This document shows, one piece after another, positions 51,655 to 64,000 of a DNA stretch of 64,000 nt. Every line of letters begins with the position of its first letter. The stretch's first letter is position 1. The position numbers and the translations under genes were made by a program. The notes below the pieces were generated by a model. It was not told the DNA's origin and made no database searches. It saw nothing but the letters and a program-made list of their open reading frames with translations. Source of the DNA: Callorhinchus milii (Eukaryota); the NCBI RefSeq assembly GCF_018977255.1, contig NW_024704742.1, positions 74,278,001-74,342,000 of the forward strand. The letters are read 5' to 3'.

Positions 51655-52385
51655 CAGCAACTAGCATTGACATAGCACCCTCCATGCAGGGAGTGTCTCA
51701 GAGCACTTAACAGTGATGGAGCAGGACTCCGAGCCGGGGGGGGAGAGGGAGGTGACAGTAAACAAGTCAAAAAGGTTTTCAGGCGGGGCTTGACAAGGGG
51801 AAGGGGGAAAGGCAGAGGGACTGTGTTCCAAAGGGAGAGTGTTCCAAAGTTTTGGGACGTAGTGGCTGAAAGCGCGACCTCCAATGGTGGGTCAGAGGAT
51901 GCGAGGGTCAAGCAGGAGGCTGGTGCCAATCGAGCGGAGGCACCGGGTGATGGATTGGGGAGTGAGGAGGTCAGAGAAGTAGGGAGGTGCCAGAGAGTGA
52001 ATGGATTTGAACAGAGTGTGAGGATCTTCAAGTCGATCCGTTCGGTGATGGGGAACCAGTGAAGCCTGGCCAGAACTGGTGAGATGTGGGTACGGAGTTT
52101 GGTCCGGGTCAGTATGCGGGCGGCAGAGCTTTGAATGAGTTGGATTGTTTGAATAGTGGAGCTGGGGAGACTGGCGAGTAGAGCGTTTGAGTAATCCAGG
52201 CGGGAGGTGACAAACACATGAAGAAGGGTTTCGGCTGCTTTGGGGTAAAGTAGTTGGAGGTGGTAGAAGCCGGTCCTAGTCAGGGACCAGATGTGGGGGA
52301 AGAAGGTCAGCTGGGGGTCGAATCGGACGCCTAGTTTGCGCACTGATTCAGTGAGGCTGAGGAGAGCCCAGGGAGGTTGAGGAAT
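51655..52385 (-). mobile_element. L2 LINE 3' fragment
   Basis: HVFVTSRLDYSNALLASLPSSTIQTIQLIQSSAARILTRTK...; same subfamily as 8345-9000. Confidence 0.9.
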
Positions 52386-52947
52386 CACAATGTACCAAAT
52401 ATTGAAGCAGATATTATTCTAATAGGGAGTTAAAAAGAGATGGTTTACTTTGGCCCATCTTTCTTGCGACCTAAATGTGCCCAAATGTTTTGGTTTCTTG
52501 CAATTTTTGATTTAACTGTGGAAAAAAGATCAGCACATTTGATGAGATACAGAGAATGCTTTCACTGTGCACAACGAAAACATTGTTGGTTATAGCCAAT
52601 CTTCTCCCAACAACTAATGCTGTATTAGGCAAGCCGTAGCAAAGTTCAAGCTAACAATGCCTACTCACATCATGATGTTTCACTTTCCTATTTAATGTAC
52701 TTTAACCCGATTTTTCTGCCTCTGTGCATTTAAAATTATGTGTTTAATCTACTTCTGTGTGATTATTTGTACAATTAAAACACTATTCATGTAGAAAATT
52801 AATGATATACTTATGGATATCGTACTAACTCATAACTCATTTTCAGCTAAAAATAGTATTGGTTATAGTCCCTCAGCCCTGAAAGACCACATGTTATTGA
52901 TGGAATGGCCATGAATGTAGGCTGCAGCATGTGGCATCATAATATAA

Positions 52948-53244
52948 ATAATAATAATCCTTGCATTTAACATAGCGCTTTGCACCTCTTCGAGACGTCT
53001 CAAAGCTTCACAGAATATACTGTAAAGTGAATTGACTGTATATTTGTGGCAAAACGCGGCAGACAATTGCACACAGCAGTGTCCCACAAACAGTCGTAGA
53101 TTGAAGTGACCAATTTATTATTGTTTTTTTTCTTGAGGGATTGTGTGGAATAAGGAAATTTGTCCAACATTTTGACCCGCCAGGAATCAAACCCAGGTCA
53201 CTCGCTTCTGAGACAAGTGCTCTAACTACTGAGCTACAGGACTC
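52948..53244 (-). mobile_element. tRNA-derived SINE
   Basis: Tail to head (ctgagctacaggactc) of the same family. Confidence 0.85.
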
Positions 53245-56149
53245 TACTTAATGATGGCTGCACTGCATGTAAATAATGAGTTTTAAACTCTTGAAATATA
53301 CAGCCTCTGAAATATTCCAACTCAGTCCCAAGATGCATACACACTTTTGTATCTAGACTAAAAGTGTTTGTTATGGCACTGTACTATAAAACAAGCTTTG
53401 GAATCTCATTCCTGTGGTTACTCTAGCATGGACAGGTATTTGTGTGGCTCAGACAGATGCTCAGCCAGCAGCTGTCTAAAGCCTACAAACATGTTGATGT
53501 GAGAAGATGTTTTAGTGGCAAATTGAACCTCATCAGATCGTATGTTAACCCTTTGTGCATTGAACGTTTGAACTGATCACCCTTGCACTACACAGGATAA
53601 TCACATAATAAATTAACTGATAGAATAAACCACAATACATCAGAAAAAGTCTATAAAATTAACTTTTTTTCCTTAAAAATCAAACAAAGCTTGCACAGTA
53701 ATTTTTTTCTGGTTATGGAGGTAGACAGTCCAGTCCCTTTGTTTGTTTGTCTTTCTCATTAGCAGAATTTAATTAAAGTTGGGCCATTCTCGACAACTTT
53801 CCTCCCTCTGTAAAGCCTGTCTGAATCAGAATACTTGTTGAGGAAGGACTGTTCTATCCATGCTGGGTGGTTACTTCTCTGCCTGGGGAGGAAGCAAGCA
53901 AGTTCTGTTTGGGGCTGAGCAGGTTGAAAAGTAACATGCCTGGTTACTGGACTAATGAAATTGAGTCAATCCTTTGTGGTGGTTTCAGCAGTCTGGTACC
54001 TGAACCAGGTAATGTTGATGACAGACCACGCAGGAGGACTTGGGAGCAGCAGACCAGTCAATGGGGCTGAAATTCTTCCTTGTTGGTAACCCATCAAGCA
54101 AAAGCCTAACAGGTAGGGTGATCCTAGCTGGACTAACAGTAGGAAGCTTGCCAGTGTTCCCAATGGCAAGCTGTGAGGATTTAGCTGGTTGAACTCCCAA
54201 CAGTATCCAAGTAAATACACAGTAGTTCCCGAGACTTAGCTGTTGCCAATCTGCACCAAACTCTCCAGGATTAGGTAAGCATGTTTCGTCTCTTCAATGT
54301 GAGAGTGTGCATTCTATTGCAGACAAAAGGAAATTTCCATACATTTATAGAGCTCTCAGTTCAGTTTGATACTCTTGAGCATGATAATGGGTTTTTGCAG
54401 ATGTCAGACATCCAACTGATCAAAAAAAACTTGCATTGGTATACCAGGTAACACTGAACCCAACAGTAATCTCATACATCCATAACGTGTCACTGCATGT
54501 AAGCTGGTGTGGTATACAACTCCCAAAGTACTCTTGCATCCACTGTTATGTTCCCCACTTAAGGACTTCTGCCCCATATCACCTCCTCAGTTCAACCACC
54601 AATTTCCTCATGATTTTTGTTCCGACAAATACCTAGACTGTTAATTTATCATCTTCCCAACTGAGATTTTCCACAACAGGAATACCAGCAACATGTGTCA
54701 AAGGGTCAAATCTCATGGGGAAACTGGGACGGCTTTGGACCATAAAGCAAGTTTGCTAGGATTTGTTGCCATCGCCTTAATTACATTTACGAGGCATTCA
54801 GCGTTTCCAATTGTGGTGTAAAACAGAATTTGGAAGAGACAGCGCAAACTGTTAAGTAGATTTATCAGCTGTATATTTAGACTGGAACATGAGTCGTGTC
54901 TTCTGAAACATTTGCAAAAAACATTCAATACCCATTTCAATGTTTGTTTTACTCAAATAAAAATGTGTTCTCTTCAAAGGGAACAAAGTTTGGAAAATTA
55001 TATTGCAAATGCTGTACCATGCATAGTCAACCAATCTAATTGTAAGGTCACTGTAAGAAAACACTATAGCAAAAGGGTAAAATGGACTAGATCTACCCTT
55101 AAAAGGTGGCTTTCATAGTGTTACATGTTAATTCGGGCACGTTATTTTAATTATAAGAAGTAAATTGATCATTTGTATAGTTTCTTAAATTATAGAAATA
55201 ACAAGATTTATTTTCATATTCTAATTCTGATTTTTTTTGCCAAGTCAGTGGCTCTGTGAGAATTTACTATTTTAAATTGTTCAAATGTTTAATCTCTTAA
55301 ATGGGATTCAGTCTTGTTGCTTCTGCATTTGGCTATTAGAATAAATGATTGTTTAAACATTGATAGTATCATAATAGTAAAGTACCACTGAAGAACACCA
55401 GTCTCAAATTATTTGAACTTGAAAGTTCTGGCCTTACCCGCATTCAGCAGCACAATTTCAAAAAGGCTTGTCCATTAAGCGACACACCTCAGGGTTCTAC
55501 TTGGAACACTTTAATACATTTATTGACATATCTGAAGACTTTGGGATTTTGCACTATGCACTTCTAAATGAGTTCCCATCTTAGGTCTTCAACCAGAACT
55601 ATGTTCATGGCTATTTAACTTCCCCTCAAAGCCCCATTGCGGATTTGATTGTTCATCCACTCATTTTCCATTACCTGAGGGCTGATCTTTCTGACACTTT
55701 TCTCTCTTCATGTTAAGATTACATTTATTATCTTACTGATAAATTCATATTTTTATTTCCTCAGATCACACAGCTTTAATGCACACAAACCATTCCTTGC
55801 ATAATGCAATCCTGAACTAATTAACTAATTAATTAAATGTTAATCTCAGCAGTGCTCTTTGATGTGGCTGCTTTCAACTCTTCAATGATACAATCTCTTC
55901 ACTAGCCACTATATTTTAATTGATCTCATTAACCCCTGCCCTTTTCAACTTTGATTGTGTCCTATACTATACTCTTCACCAAGATTTCTTCTACATATCA
56001 CTAAAATACTGTAAATGAGAACTTCATCATAACATTCCACTCTCAAAAGTACAGATTAGTAAACAACATCAAGTCATTAAACCCTCCATTAACAGGGGAA
56101 CCTACATCAAATAGTCACAGCATTTATCCAATCTAACTTACATAATAGT

Positions 56150-56295
56150 ATAATAATAATCTTTACATTTGATATAGCACCTTATCACATCATTGAGACG
56201 TTGCCAAGCGCTTCACAGAATATTGTAAAGTGAATTGACTGTACCTTTTGTGGGCGAAACGCAGCAGCCAATTGCGCACAGCAGTGAACCACAAA
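56150..56295 (-). mobile_element. SINE 3' half
   Basis: (TAA)n ...atttgatatagcacc...gcagccaattgcgcacagcagtg. Confidence 0.75.
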
Positions 56296-59200
56296 TGTGA
56301 TAACCTAATGCACATTAGGTTACCAGCAACCGGGCAAACATTGAAAAGGACAAAACCTTTGGATTAGTTACATATCAGCCAGATCCAAATCCTGTGATTA
56401 TCTGGCTTTCAGATGGATTTTTTTAAATTTCAAATTAAAATCAGAACAAACAAAACCATTTGCAGAGGCCAATTAACAATAAATCCACAACAAATATCAC
56501 AAATTAACAGGGAATCAAAAGCCTTGCTCAATTTGCATGATCAGCTACATGGTATTGGGGAGAACAAAACATTGATCCCAATCCAAAAACAAACATTTGG
56601 AATACAGCCCAGCTCACCCAGATGCACAGTGTTCAAAGACAGAAACTGATTTACTGAAAGTTTCTACAGAAAAAATATTGGATAGATTGTCACATCCTCC
56701 TGATGTGAAAGGCGCTATATAATTGTATTGTAACTTGCTGACAAATTAGTTCTTCATTTTCAATAGACATGCAAACTGACCCAATCAAATACTGTAAGAT
56801 CGAAGTCAAGCTCAAACCACAACCAAATTTATACGTATAACAAAGTTTCCTAGTTTACATCAACAAAACATTTAACAAAGTTTAAGTTCAAAAGGCACCA
56901 CAAATGTTGAATTGTTGGTTGCATGTAGGTAGTTAACTCGATGTTTCTAAGAACAACTATCTGACAGAATACTATTACAAAGTTTGTGTTAGGTTACACG
57001 TTGTCATATTGAACATCAAAATACAAAATTGCATTTGGAATCAACAATAGATCTATTTTGAAACAATCCACTTCAGTCTACCAGGCCAGTCAAATAGCAC
57101 TTGTAAACTTGAAAAAATTAGTCTATACCTTACCTGCCCTAAAGAGTATTCCCTCAATATAATTTGAAAGTCAGTGATTTCCGAATTGTTGCAAGTTATG
57201 GAAAACTACAATCAGATGCGTTTCCACAGAAATTACGCTGCATCTCCTCCCAGTCCAGACACTAATAATAGTGGAATATGTTTCAACATGTCATTCATTT
57301 TTATGTCCTTTTATCTAAATCTGCAGAGTATTACAGGTAAGTCTGATTCCATCCTTACCCATCGCACAAAATCTGATGAATTTAAGATGGAATCAGGAAG
57401 ACTAACTGGCAAATGTTTTCTTTCTCATTCCATAAGTGCTGAAACCATTTAAGTATCCTTGTTATTACTGGCCAGGCTGACATCAGATAACTGAGAATGT
57501 TAATAAGAGCAAAGAGCAAGTTCGACTCAGTAACAGGTGGGTGTCCTTATGCCCTCAGCCAATGACCCATTCATCATAACTGATTTCTAAAGACCACAGT
57601 GCACTGCAGATTACTCCAAATTTTCCTCAATGCCAGCATTGGAAAATCATTTACTGCATCTAATGATGGATTTACTGTTTGCATTATAATTAGTGGCAAT
57701 TTTGGGCTCAACTATTCAAGCATGTTATTCAATTTTCTGCTTTCATTTGTAGCACAACAGTATTTCAAACTTTTAACCAGCAAATTACCTTCCCCCAAAA
57801 AAACTGTTGACTGATTTTTCTACTTAGGACCATCCTACATGTTAGGTTCAATGGGTTGAGAACATTAAGTTCTCATTATCTAAAGGGAAATAGAAAAATA
57901 TTTTGCAGAGCAGAGATATTCAGCACATTGCATTAGTTTAACTTGGTACCAATTACAACCTAGTCTAACTGGTTCATTTATTCTGAATTTCATTGCTTCA
58001 TGAGTAATAAGAGTGGTATAAATATAAATAAGGCTAGCACAGTTGGTCAGGACACAAGTGTTATATTCCAAACCTATTGAGGCAGGTTGTGTCTATGCAG
58101 AATATCGATTCTAGATAGTTCAAATGTTTACATCTTAAATTTCCTGATTATGAACTTTATTTTCAACACAATTAAACATTCACTTTATAGAAAAAATAAC
58201 ATTTAGTGTACTTTCTCATTTTATTCCAATTTGGCATAAAAGCCAATAAATTACATAAATCATACAGGATCTATCATCATCAATACAGCCAAGAGTAGCA
58301 ATTCTTTGCTTGAAGTATTGCGCGAGATTAATAATTCACACTAAATTAGGTTGAAATACCCATCATCCTAAACTTTTCAAATATTGTGTAGTTATTAACT
58401 TTGCAACACTGTCTTTTGTTGAATTTCTGAGAGATGCAACATAGCTTTTAAATAAAGTAAAGGCACACTAATTCCTCTACTAGTGATAGACTGGTATAAA
58501 TATGAATAAAGGCTGGCACAGACAGTCAGCACATAAGTCAGCATGTAATTCCAAATCTATTGAGGTGCTTTGTGCCCACGGTTCCAAACCAAAGGCACCA
58601 CTGCCCAATATTGATGATATAGGCTTCAATAGGAGAAATGTGCTGCACTTTGTGCTGGTTTAACCCGATCTTACATTATAGATATGCTAGGTTATCTAAC
58701 CAATATCAGAACTAGGGAAACACATATGGGTTATAATAGTTTGCTGCATTGATAATTTGTACCAGTCTAAAACTAGCCTATATGAATGCAGTCTAGAAAT
58801 GTCTAGATGATGACATTTATTCTGGGTCTGAAATCTATCCACCTTCCAAGAGTTCACAAGTCATTCTCCAGCAAGAAACTTATGTAAAACAGTTTACCAT
58901 AGGGAGGCTTGACAGAAACAGTCATAATAACCTCCTACAAAATGCATCCAATCTTCCATTAAAGCAACAAAAAACATTATGATTGGATACTTCTTAGAAC
59001 TTAAATTACATCAGCACAACTGAGAACTGCTTTTCAATTCAGACATCTCCTGTCTGCTCAATGTACCAAGGGGAATGATTCCAACTTTTTGTTTACCTAT
59101 TGAACTGAATAAACTAACTTTGGCTTGTTAAAAATTGAATCCATTAAAAAGTAAGTATTCCTGGTAAGAAAAATGAAATGGGTAAAACATAACAAATATT

Positions 59201-59344
59201 TCAAATTCTCCTTTCAAAATAAACATTCCCAGTTATCGTAATGTGCTTGTAGATTATGCATTTTGCAATAAAAGTAGCATTGATCCTTTTTCCACAACAC
59301 GATCACTATTTATCTATTCTGCTTGTGGCGCAACTGCATTACAA

Positions 59345-59422
59345 TTAGTTGAGGTCATCCTCATCATCATCTTCTTCATCGTCATCTTGGTCAACGGAAT
59401 CCAAGTCATCTTCGTCTTCAAC
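59345..59422 (-). CDS. USO1: General vesicular transport factor p115, last exon (acidic tail)
   Basis: ttatacag acceptor; VEDEDDLDSVDQDDDEEDDDEDDLN then TAA; p115 acidic C-terminus. Candidate minus-strand AATAAA at 58220-58225 and 58156-58161. Confidence 0.9.
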   Translation of the reverse strand, partial: VEDEDDLDSVDQDDDEEDDDEDDLN

Positions 59423-60518
59423 CTGTATAAAGGAAAGATATTCTTTTGTCACTGTATTTAAAATGCATGAGGCTGACGTAACTTGCACTTATTTATAGCT
59501 GTACATGCAATGGGAAGATCACCAGTGCCATGTACGAGTAATGGTACAATTTCACAACTTTTAGGTACAGACACAATGTTTTACCTGGTTGAAGTGTGCA
59601 TTTAGGAGTCTCTAATGTCTAGCTTCAGACAAACTGCAATTTTGTTCTCCAGCTACAGACAATCAAGATATTTCTTTCTGCTCTCCACCCAACTGAGCGA
59701 TTGCAAATTACAGATCTAACAATTTAAAATTATGTGAGTTCTCAGCAAATTCAGCAGAGAGGCTTTAGCACTAAAAATTTCTGTACACATTAGACAGCCA
59801 GCAATATAATCGAACACTGTCAGTAGCAAAGTTGGTAACAGCTTTGTAACATATTGTTCTAAATACAAGGTGAGATCTTCTTCCTCTAAATTCAGTTCAA
59901 AACTGCTACCATTCTCATACTCAGACTAACAAAACCGAGCTGCAAGATAGCAACAAGATCTCATTGTATATATACTTAAAAGTTGTGAAATTACACACGG
60001 GGTGAGTTACTCCCCACACTGTACAGGTCAATCATGGCTCAGCAATTTCTCAACCCTCAATCATGTTCGGAACTGGATTTTTTTTTTTTAGACAAGTACC
60101 TCAAAAGTAGGGATTAATGAAAGGGGACCAGAATTAGAGAGAAAAAACGAAGAGTGAGAAAAATACAAAGTCATCATACTTTATAGAAAATTCTTTGAGA
60201 CGTTCTCCCAATGGGAAATGTGCTACACCAAACGTGAGGATTATTATTAGTTCAGTCACTACATATTTCAGCTATTCATTGAAGAGTGAATAGCACCCCA
60301 CTAATTAACGTACATCACTGAAATCATAAATAACAAACTAATGTATTTTGAAAGAAGCTCACATTAAGTGTGTCTCATAAGATAGCATATAGTTTATGAG
60401 ATGATATGGAATCAGCCTGAACTTGAATTATGTTCATGTTTCAGTCAATTAACCCAACATATAGCCTGTACTGGGCTCATTAGTGTGAATGTGGTGCAGT
60501 CTGACAAAAAATTTGGGT

Positions 60519-60817
60519 GGAGTCCTGTAGCTCAGTGGTTAGAGCACTTGCCTCGCAAGCGAGAGACCTGGGTTTGATTCCCAGCAGGGCGAAACCTTGG
60601 GCAAGCTTCCTTACGCCACACACCTGATAATAATCCCTCAAGAAAAAAACCCAATAATAAATTGGTCACTTCAGTCCATGACTGTTTGTGGGACACTGCT
60701 GTGCGCAATTGGCTGCTGCCTTTCACTCACAAATACACAGTCAATTCATTTTACAATATATTCTGTGAAGCGCTTTGAGGAGTCCAGAAGACAAATGCAA
60801 GTATTATTATTATTATT
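60519..60817 (+). mobile_element. tRNA-derived SINE, full-length example
   Basis: gagtcctgtagctcagtggttagagcacttgcctcgcaagcgagagacctgggtttgattcccagc: A box, anticodon-like stem-loop (CGC), B box; TTA tail. Confidence 0.88.
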
Positions 60818-60991
60818 AAATTTAGCTTTCATTATAAGACAGATCAATCTGCATCCAAACAGTCAAGTATAAGTATAAGAATTCATAGACAATGTCTGAC
60901 CAACTGGCTGGAAATGTTAACCTCTTCTTTTCAGATGCGGATGGACCTGCTATAGATATGCAGATTTTCCTCTTTTTGGCTGGTATCATAC

Positions 60992-61207
60992 CTGTTCTCC
61001 AAGTTCTTTGAGTTTGTTTTTCAGTCCAAAGATTTTCTGGTCTTGGTCAGCCAGAAGCACAAGCAGATCATCCTGCTCTTTCTTTGAGTCTATGACATCT
61101 TGCTGCAGCTTGCTGTTTTCAGTTTGAAGGATGGCAACTGTACTGTTTGTTGACGCAAGCTGTTGATCCAGGGCACTCTTCTCTTCAGTCATGGCCTTCG
61201 TTTGGTC
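60992..61207 (-). CDS. USO1: p115, penultimate exon (C-terminal coiled coil)
   Basis: DQTKAMTEEKSALDQQLASTNSTVAILQTENSKLQQDVIDSKKEQDDLLVLLADQDQKIFGLKNKLKELGEQ; 216 nt, ag/gt; KKEQDDLLVLLADQDQK is diagnostic of p115. Confidence 0.96.
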
Positions 61208-62164
61208 CTGTATTTACATACAAGAAACAACATACAATATTATAGCACCTTATTTACTTCAAAATGTCTCAAAATGCCTCACAGTAATTCCTCTCAAATT
61301 CTATCTGCATCAGCAAGATCCCCAAATAACATGAAGTGAATGACCAGTTGATTTGAGGGAATGTTGAAAAGGGCACAGGAAGAAACTCCCTTCTCAAAAT
61401 AATATAATGAACTCACAGATCATTGTTTAACTTCTCATCCAAAATATGCAAGCTCCAACAATGCAGCATCTAACCCTATCCTAACCTAGACTGTCAATCT
61501 AGACAAGTCTTGAAGTGAGGCTTGTACCCAGAACAAAAAGTCTGCATTTGCAACAGCCTCATTAAACTCATAGCAAAGAAATGGGTGAAAACTCGATTGG
61601 AATGATGTCTTTCAACAACAAATTAAAGATTTGCTTATTAATACTAATTATTGCAGTCGAATATCATGCCCAAATATATTTATTATAACTCCACCGTATT
61701 TGCCCAAACTGATACAGACTGCTAACATTTTAGAAAGCATTTGATCACGCAAACAACTTCAGACAAGGGAATTAATTGATAAACTGATGTGTAATATACC
61801 ATTAAAACAGAAGGCAGATCGTGCAGCATGTATTGAGACAACAAGACTCAGTTTACTGAAAAATGAACCACAGAGCTACGTGGGTGTGTAACCCAAGCTT
61901 GAGTAATGGCTGTCCAATTAACTGGGGTTTAATTTCCACAAACAGTCCATTCTGGACCATGTTCATACCACATATTGACAAATGTCAGTTGAGCAGCATT
62001 TGTGAAAATAACATTATACCTCTGTAGATTACTACAGGCAAAGGCTGCAATCGTCCATCCGCCCTGGTGCCCGGACTGCCTATATCCTGCCCTGTTTAGC
62101 AAATCAGAGCTCACACTGAGCAATCACACAGTAAGGGTGCAATATACTGTATATACACAGTACA

Positions 62165-62552
62165 ATTGGGATTGTTCTCCTTGGAACAGAGAAGGTTAAC
62201 GGGAGATTTAATAGAGATGTTCAAAACAGAGAGAAACTGTTTCCACTGGTGGGTGGGTCAGTAACCAGAGGCCATAGATTAAGATAGTTGTCAAAAGAAC
62301 CAGAGGGGAGGTGAGAAGAAATGTTTTCACACAGTGAGTTGTTTGAATCTGGAATGCACTGCCTAAAACGGTGGGGGAAGCAAATTCGATAACAACTTTC
62401 AAGAGGGAAGTGGATAGATATTTGGGGAGGACAAATTTGCAAAGCTATGGGGAGAAAGCAGGAAGTGGGATTCATTTGGATAGTTCTTTCAAGAGTCAGC
62501 ACGGGCGTGATGGGCCGAATGGTCTTCTTCTGCGCGCTACAATTCTATGAAT
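62165..62552 (+). mobile_element. CR1 LINE 3' end
   Basis: accagaggccatagattaag...ttttcacacagtgagttg..tctggaatgcactgcct...gatgggccgaatggtcttcttctg..attctatga CR1 tail. Confidence 0.85.
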
Positions 62553-62606
62553 TAATGCAGGCATAAAGCTGCAGAGATCACTTGATGAAATGGCGAATTT
62601 TAAAAC

Positions 62607-62696
62607 CTTTAACTTTCGATTTTCATCCATCAATGCTGATAGTCTGCTTTCCAGCTGTGCGATGTTGCTATCACCGTCTCCTTGTGCAGCCTCCGG
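62607..62696 (-). CDS. USO1: p115, third-last exon (coiled coil)
   Basis: Pyrimidine tract plus aag acceptor, PEAAQGDGDSNIAQLESRLSALMDENRKLK, aag|gtttta donor; 90 nt, phase 0/0. Confidence 0.75.
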
Positions 62697-64000
62697 CTTC
62701 AAAGTGAAAAGAAATGATTCAGGGAAGTCAGCCCACTGATTTGGTTACATTAAACTTAATATAAGAATTTTAATCTTAAAATTGTTCTTTCCTTGATCAG
62801 TCTAATATTTAGAAATGTAGATCATCGCAAATTAACAAGTTGCATTTATAAAGCATCTTATTGAAGAACATATAAAACCACTTGGTAAATATAGTTCCTT
62901 CTTTGCCAAGCAAGGAACAGGGTGATTAAAAGCTAGAGACCAAAGTCACAGACAAAGATAGGTTTTCAGAAATTTAGACAAAGATCAGAGATCAAGCATG
63001 GGAGGGGCAGCAGAGATGGGACGTAGGGCTGGAAAAAGGGTATGGTGAGGAGCGATCTCAAACCAGGGAAATCAACAGCGTCAAGACCTTCTTTTTCTCA
63101 CAAAATAGTAGTCATATGGCTTTTCACAAAAGATGTCTGAAAAATAGTGGGGCTATGTAGACTAGCAACTGAAAGAACAAGTCTGAGTATATTGTTTAAC
63201 TGATTTGACTTTCAGCTGAATCACGTCATAGTCAACCCAGATTATGTTTCTGAGTAACCTCACATCTACTGTTGTGCTGTTTTCTACACTTTCAAAAATA
63301 TAGAATCTTAAGCTCTTACCAATTCAAATATATTGTAAAAGACCGAGAGTGGCTTGTATAAGCAGACAGCTATCCAATACTGTGTACGTGTCTCAGCAGG
63401 TAAAAAGCAAGAATGTGACAGCATCGCTACCAAGATGCTTTTAGTCATTTCTAAAACAAAACTAAATGACCACTGTCATTCCTAAAATGGAAAATTTGGT
63501 TTCTTCTTTGGTGCATCGAAGTTCATTAAAGAAAACAAAGCAATTACTGGACATTGCATCTGTAAAGGGTTAGACTACCACAGTAATTTCTTGTAGGACT
63601 CTTACAATATTTTCAAACACTGCAAATAAACTGAATCAAGCGAATATTTCTAAACATTAATCCACATTATAGAAACTATCATTGTGCTGTTCAATGCCTT
63701 GTTTCAGTGGAGTTTATGGAATACATTGTAATAGAAGGTGATGGAACAAAAATGTGGCAATCACAAATTGGAACTCATTGTATTAATAATGGCTTCTGTT
63801 AGGTATAAAATTGGGAAATTCACTGTACAATACATCTTTTTTAAAAAAAGGATAAAATCTTGAAAGCTGGCAATGGCAATTTTGTCTGGCTTTTCAGGTC
63901 TTTTCTTGGTTGAAAAACACAGAAAATTAAAATGTCAACTACAAACACAATCCAGTCATATTTTCCACCTTCATGTCTCTTTAACAAAAGTCAATGCAAC

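Noticed and set aside
60519..60592. Possible tRNA gene (CGC anticodon-like loop)
   Set aside because: It is the head of a multicopy SINE and continues directly into the SINE body and TTA tail.

Overview
Vertebrate genomic DNA, most likely a cartilaginous fish (inferred from the CR1/L2 LINE and tRNA-/Deu-type SINE content and the gene set; species not provable from sequence). Three spliced genes are visible: the last three coding exons of PKD2 (+, 1410-3617); all ten coding exons of a SPARC-family gene, best called SPARCL1/sparc-L (+, 35602-47281); and the last three coding exons of USO1 (-, 59345-62696). The main observation is the very long N-terminal region of the SPARCL1-like gene, which combines hallmarks of the bony-vertebrate SCPP/SIBLING mineralisation genes. 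It has a signal-peptide exon ending two residues after the cleavage site, a 39-nt phase-0 mini-exon ending in S-x-E motifs, a Tyr/Pro/Gln-rich exon carrying an IBSP-like RPRYY motif, and an acidic exon with RGD and about 14 copies of a 24-aa S-x-E-rich repeat. These precede intact follistatin/Kazal and EF-hand domains (about 929 aa if one 1-nt frameshift in the repeat is corrected). No separate SCPP gene was seen in the ~30 kb between PKD2 and this gene. The rest is mostly decayed LINEs and SINEs, a G-rich minisatellite, a 34-bp palindrome and an unclassified dispersed repeat. Repeat boundaries are approximate and were read by eye.
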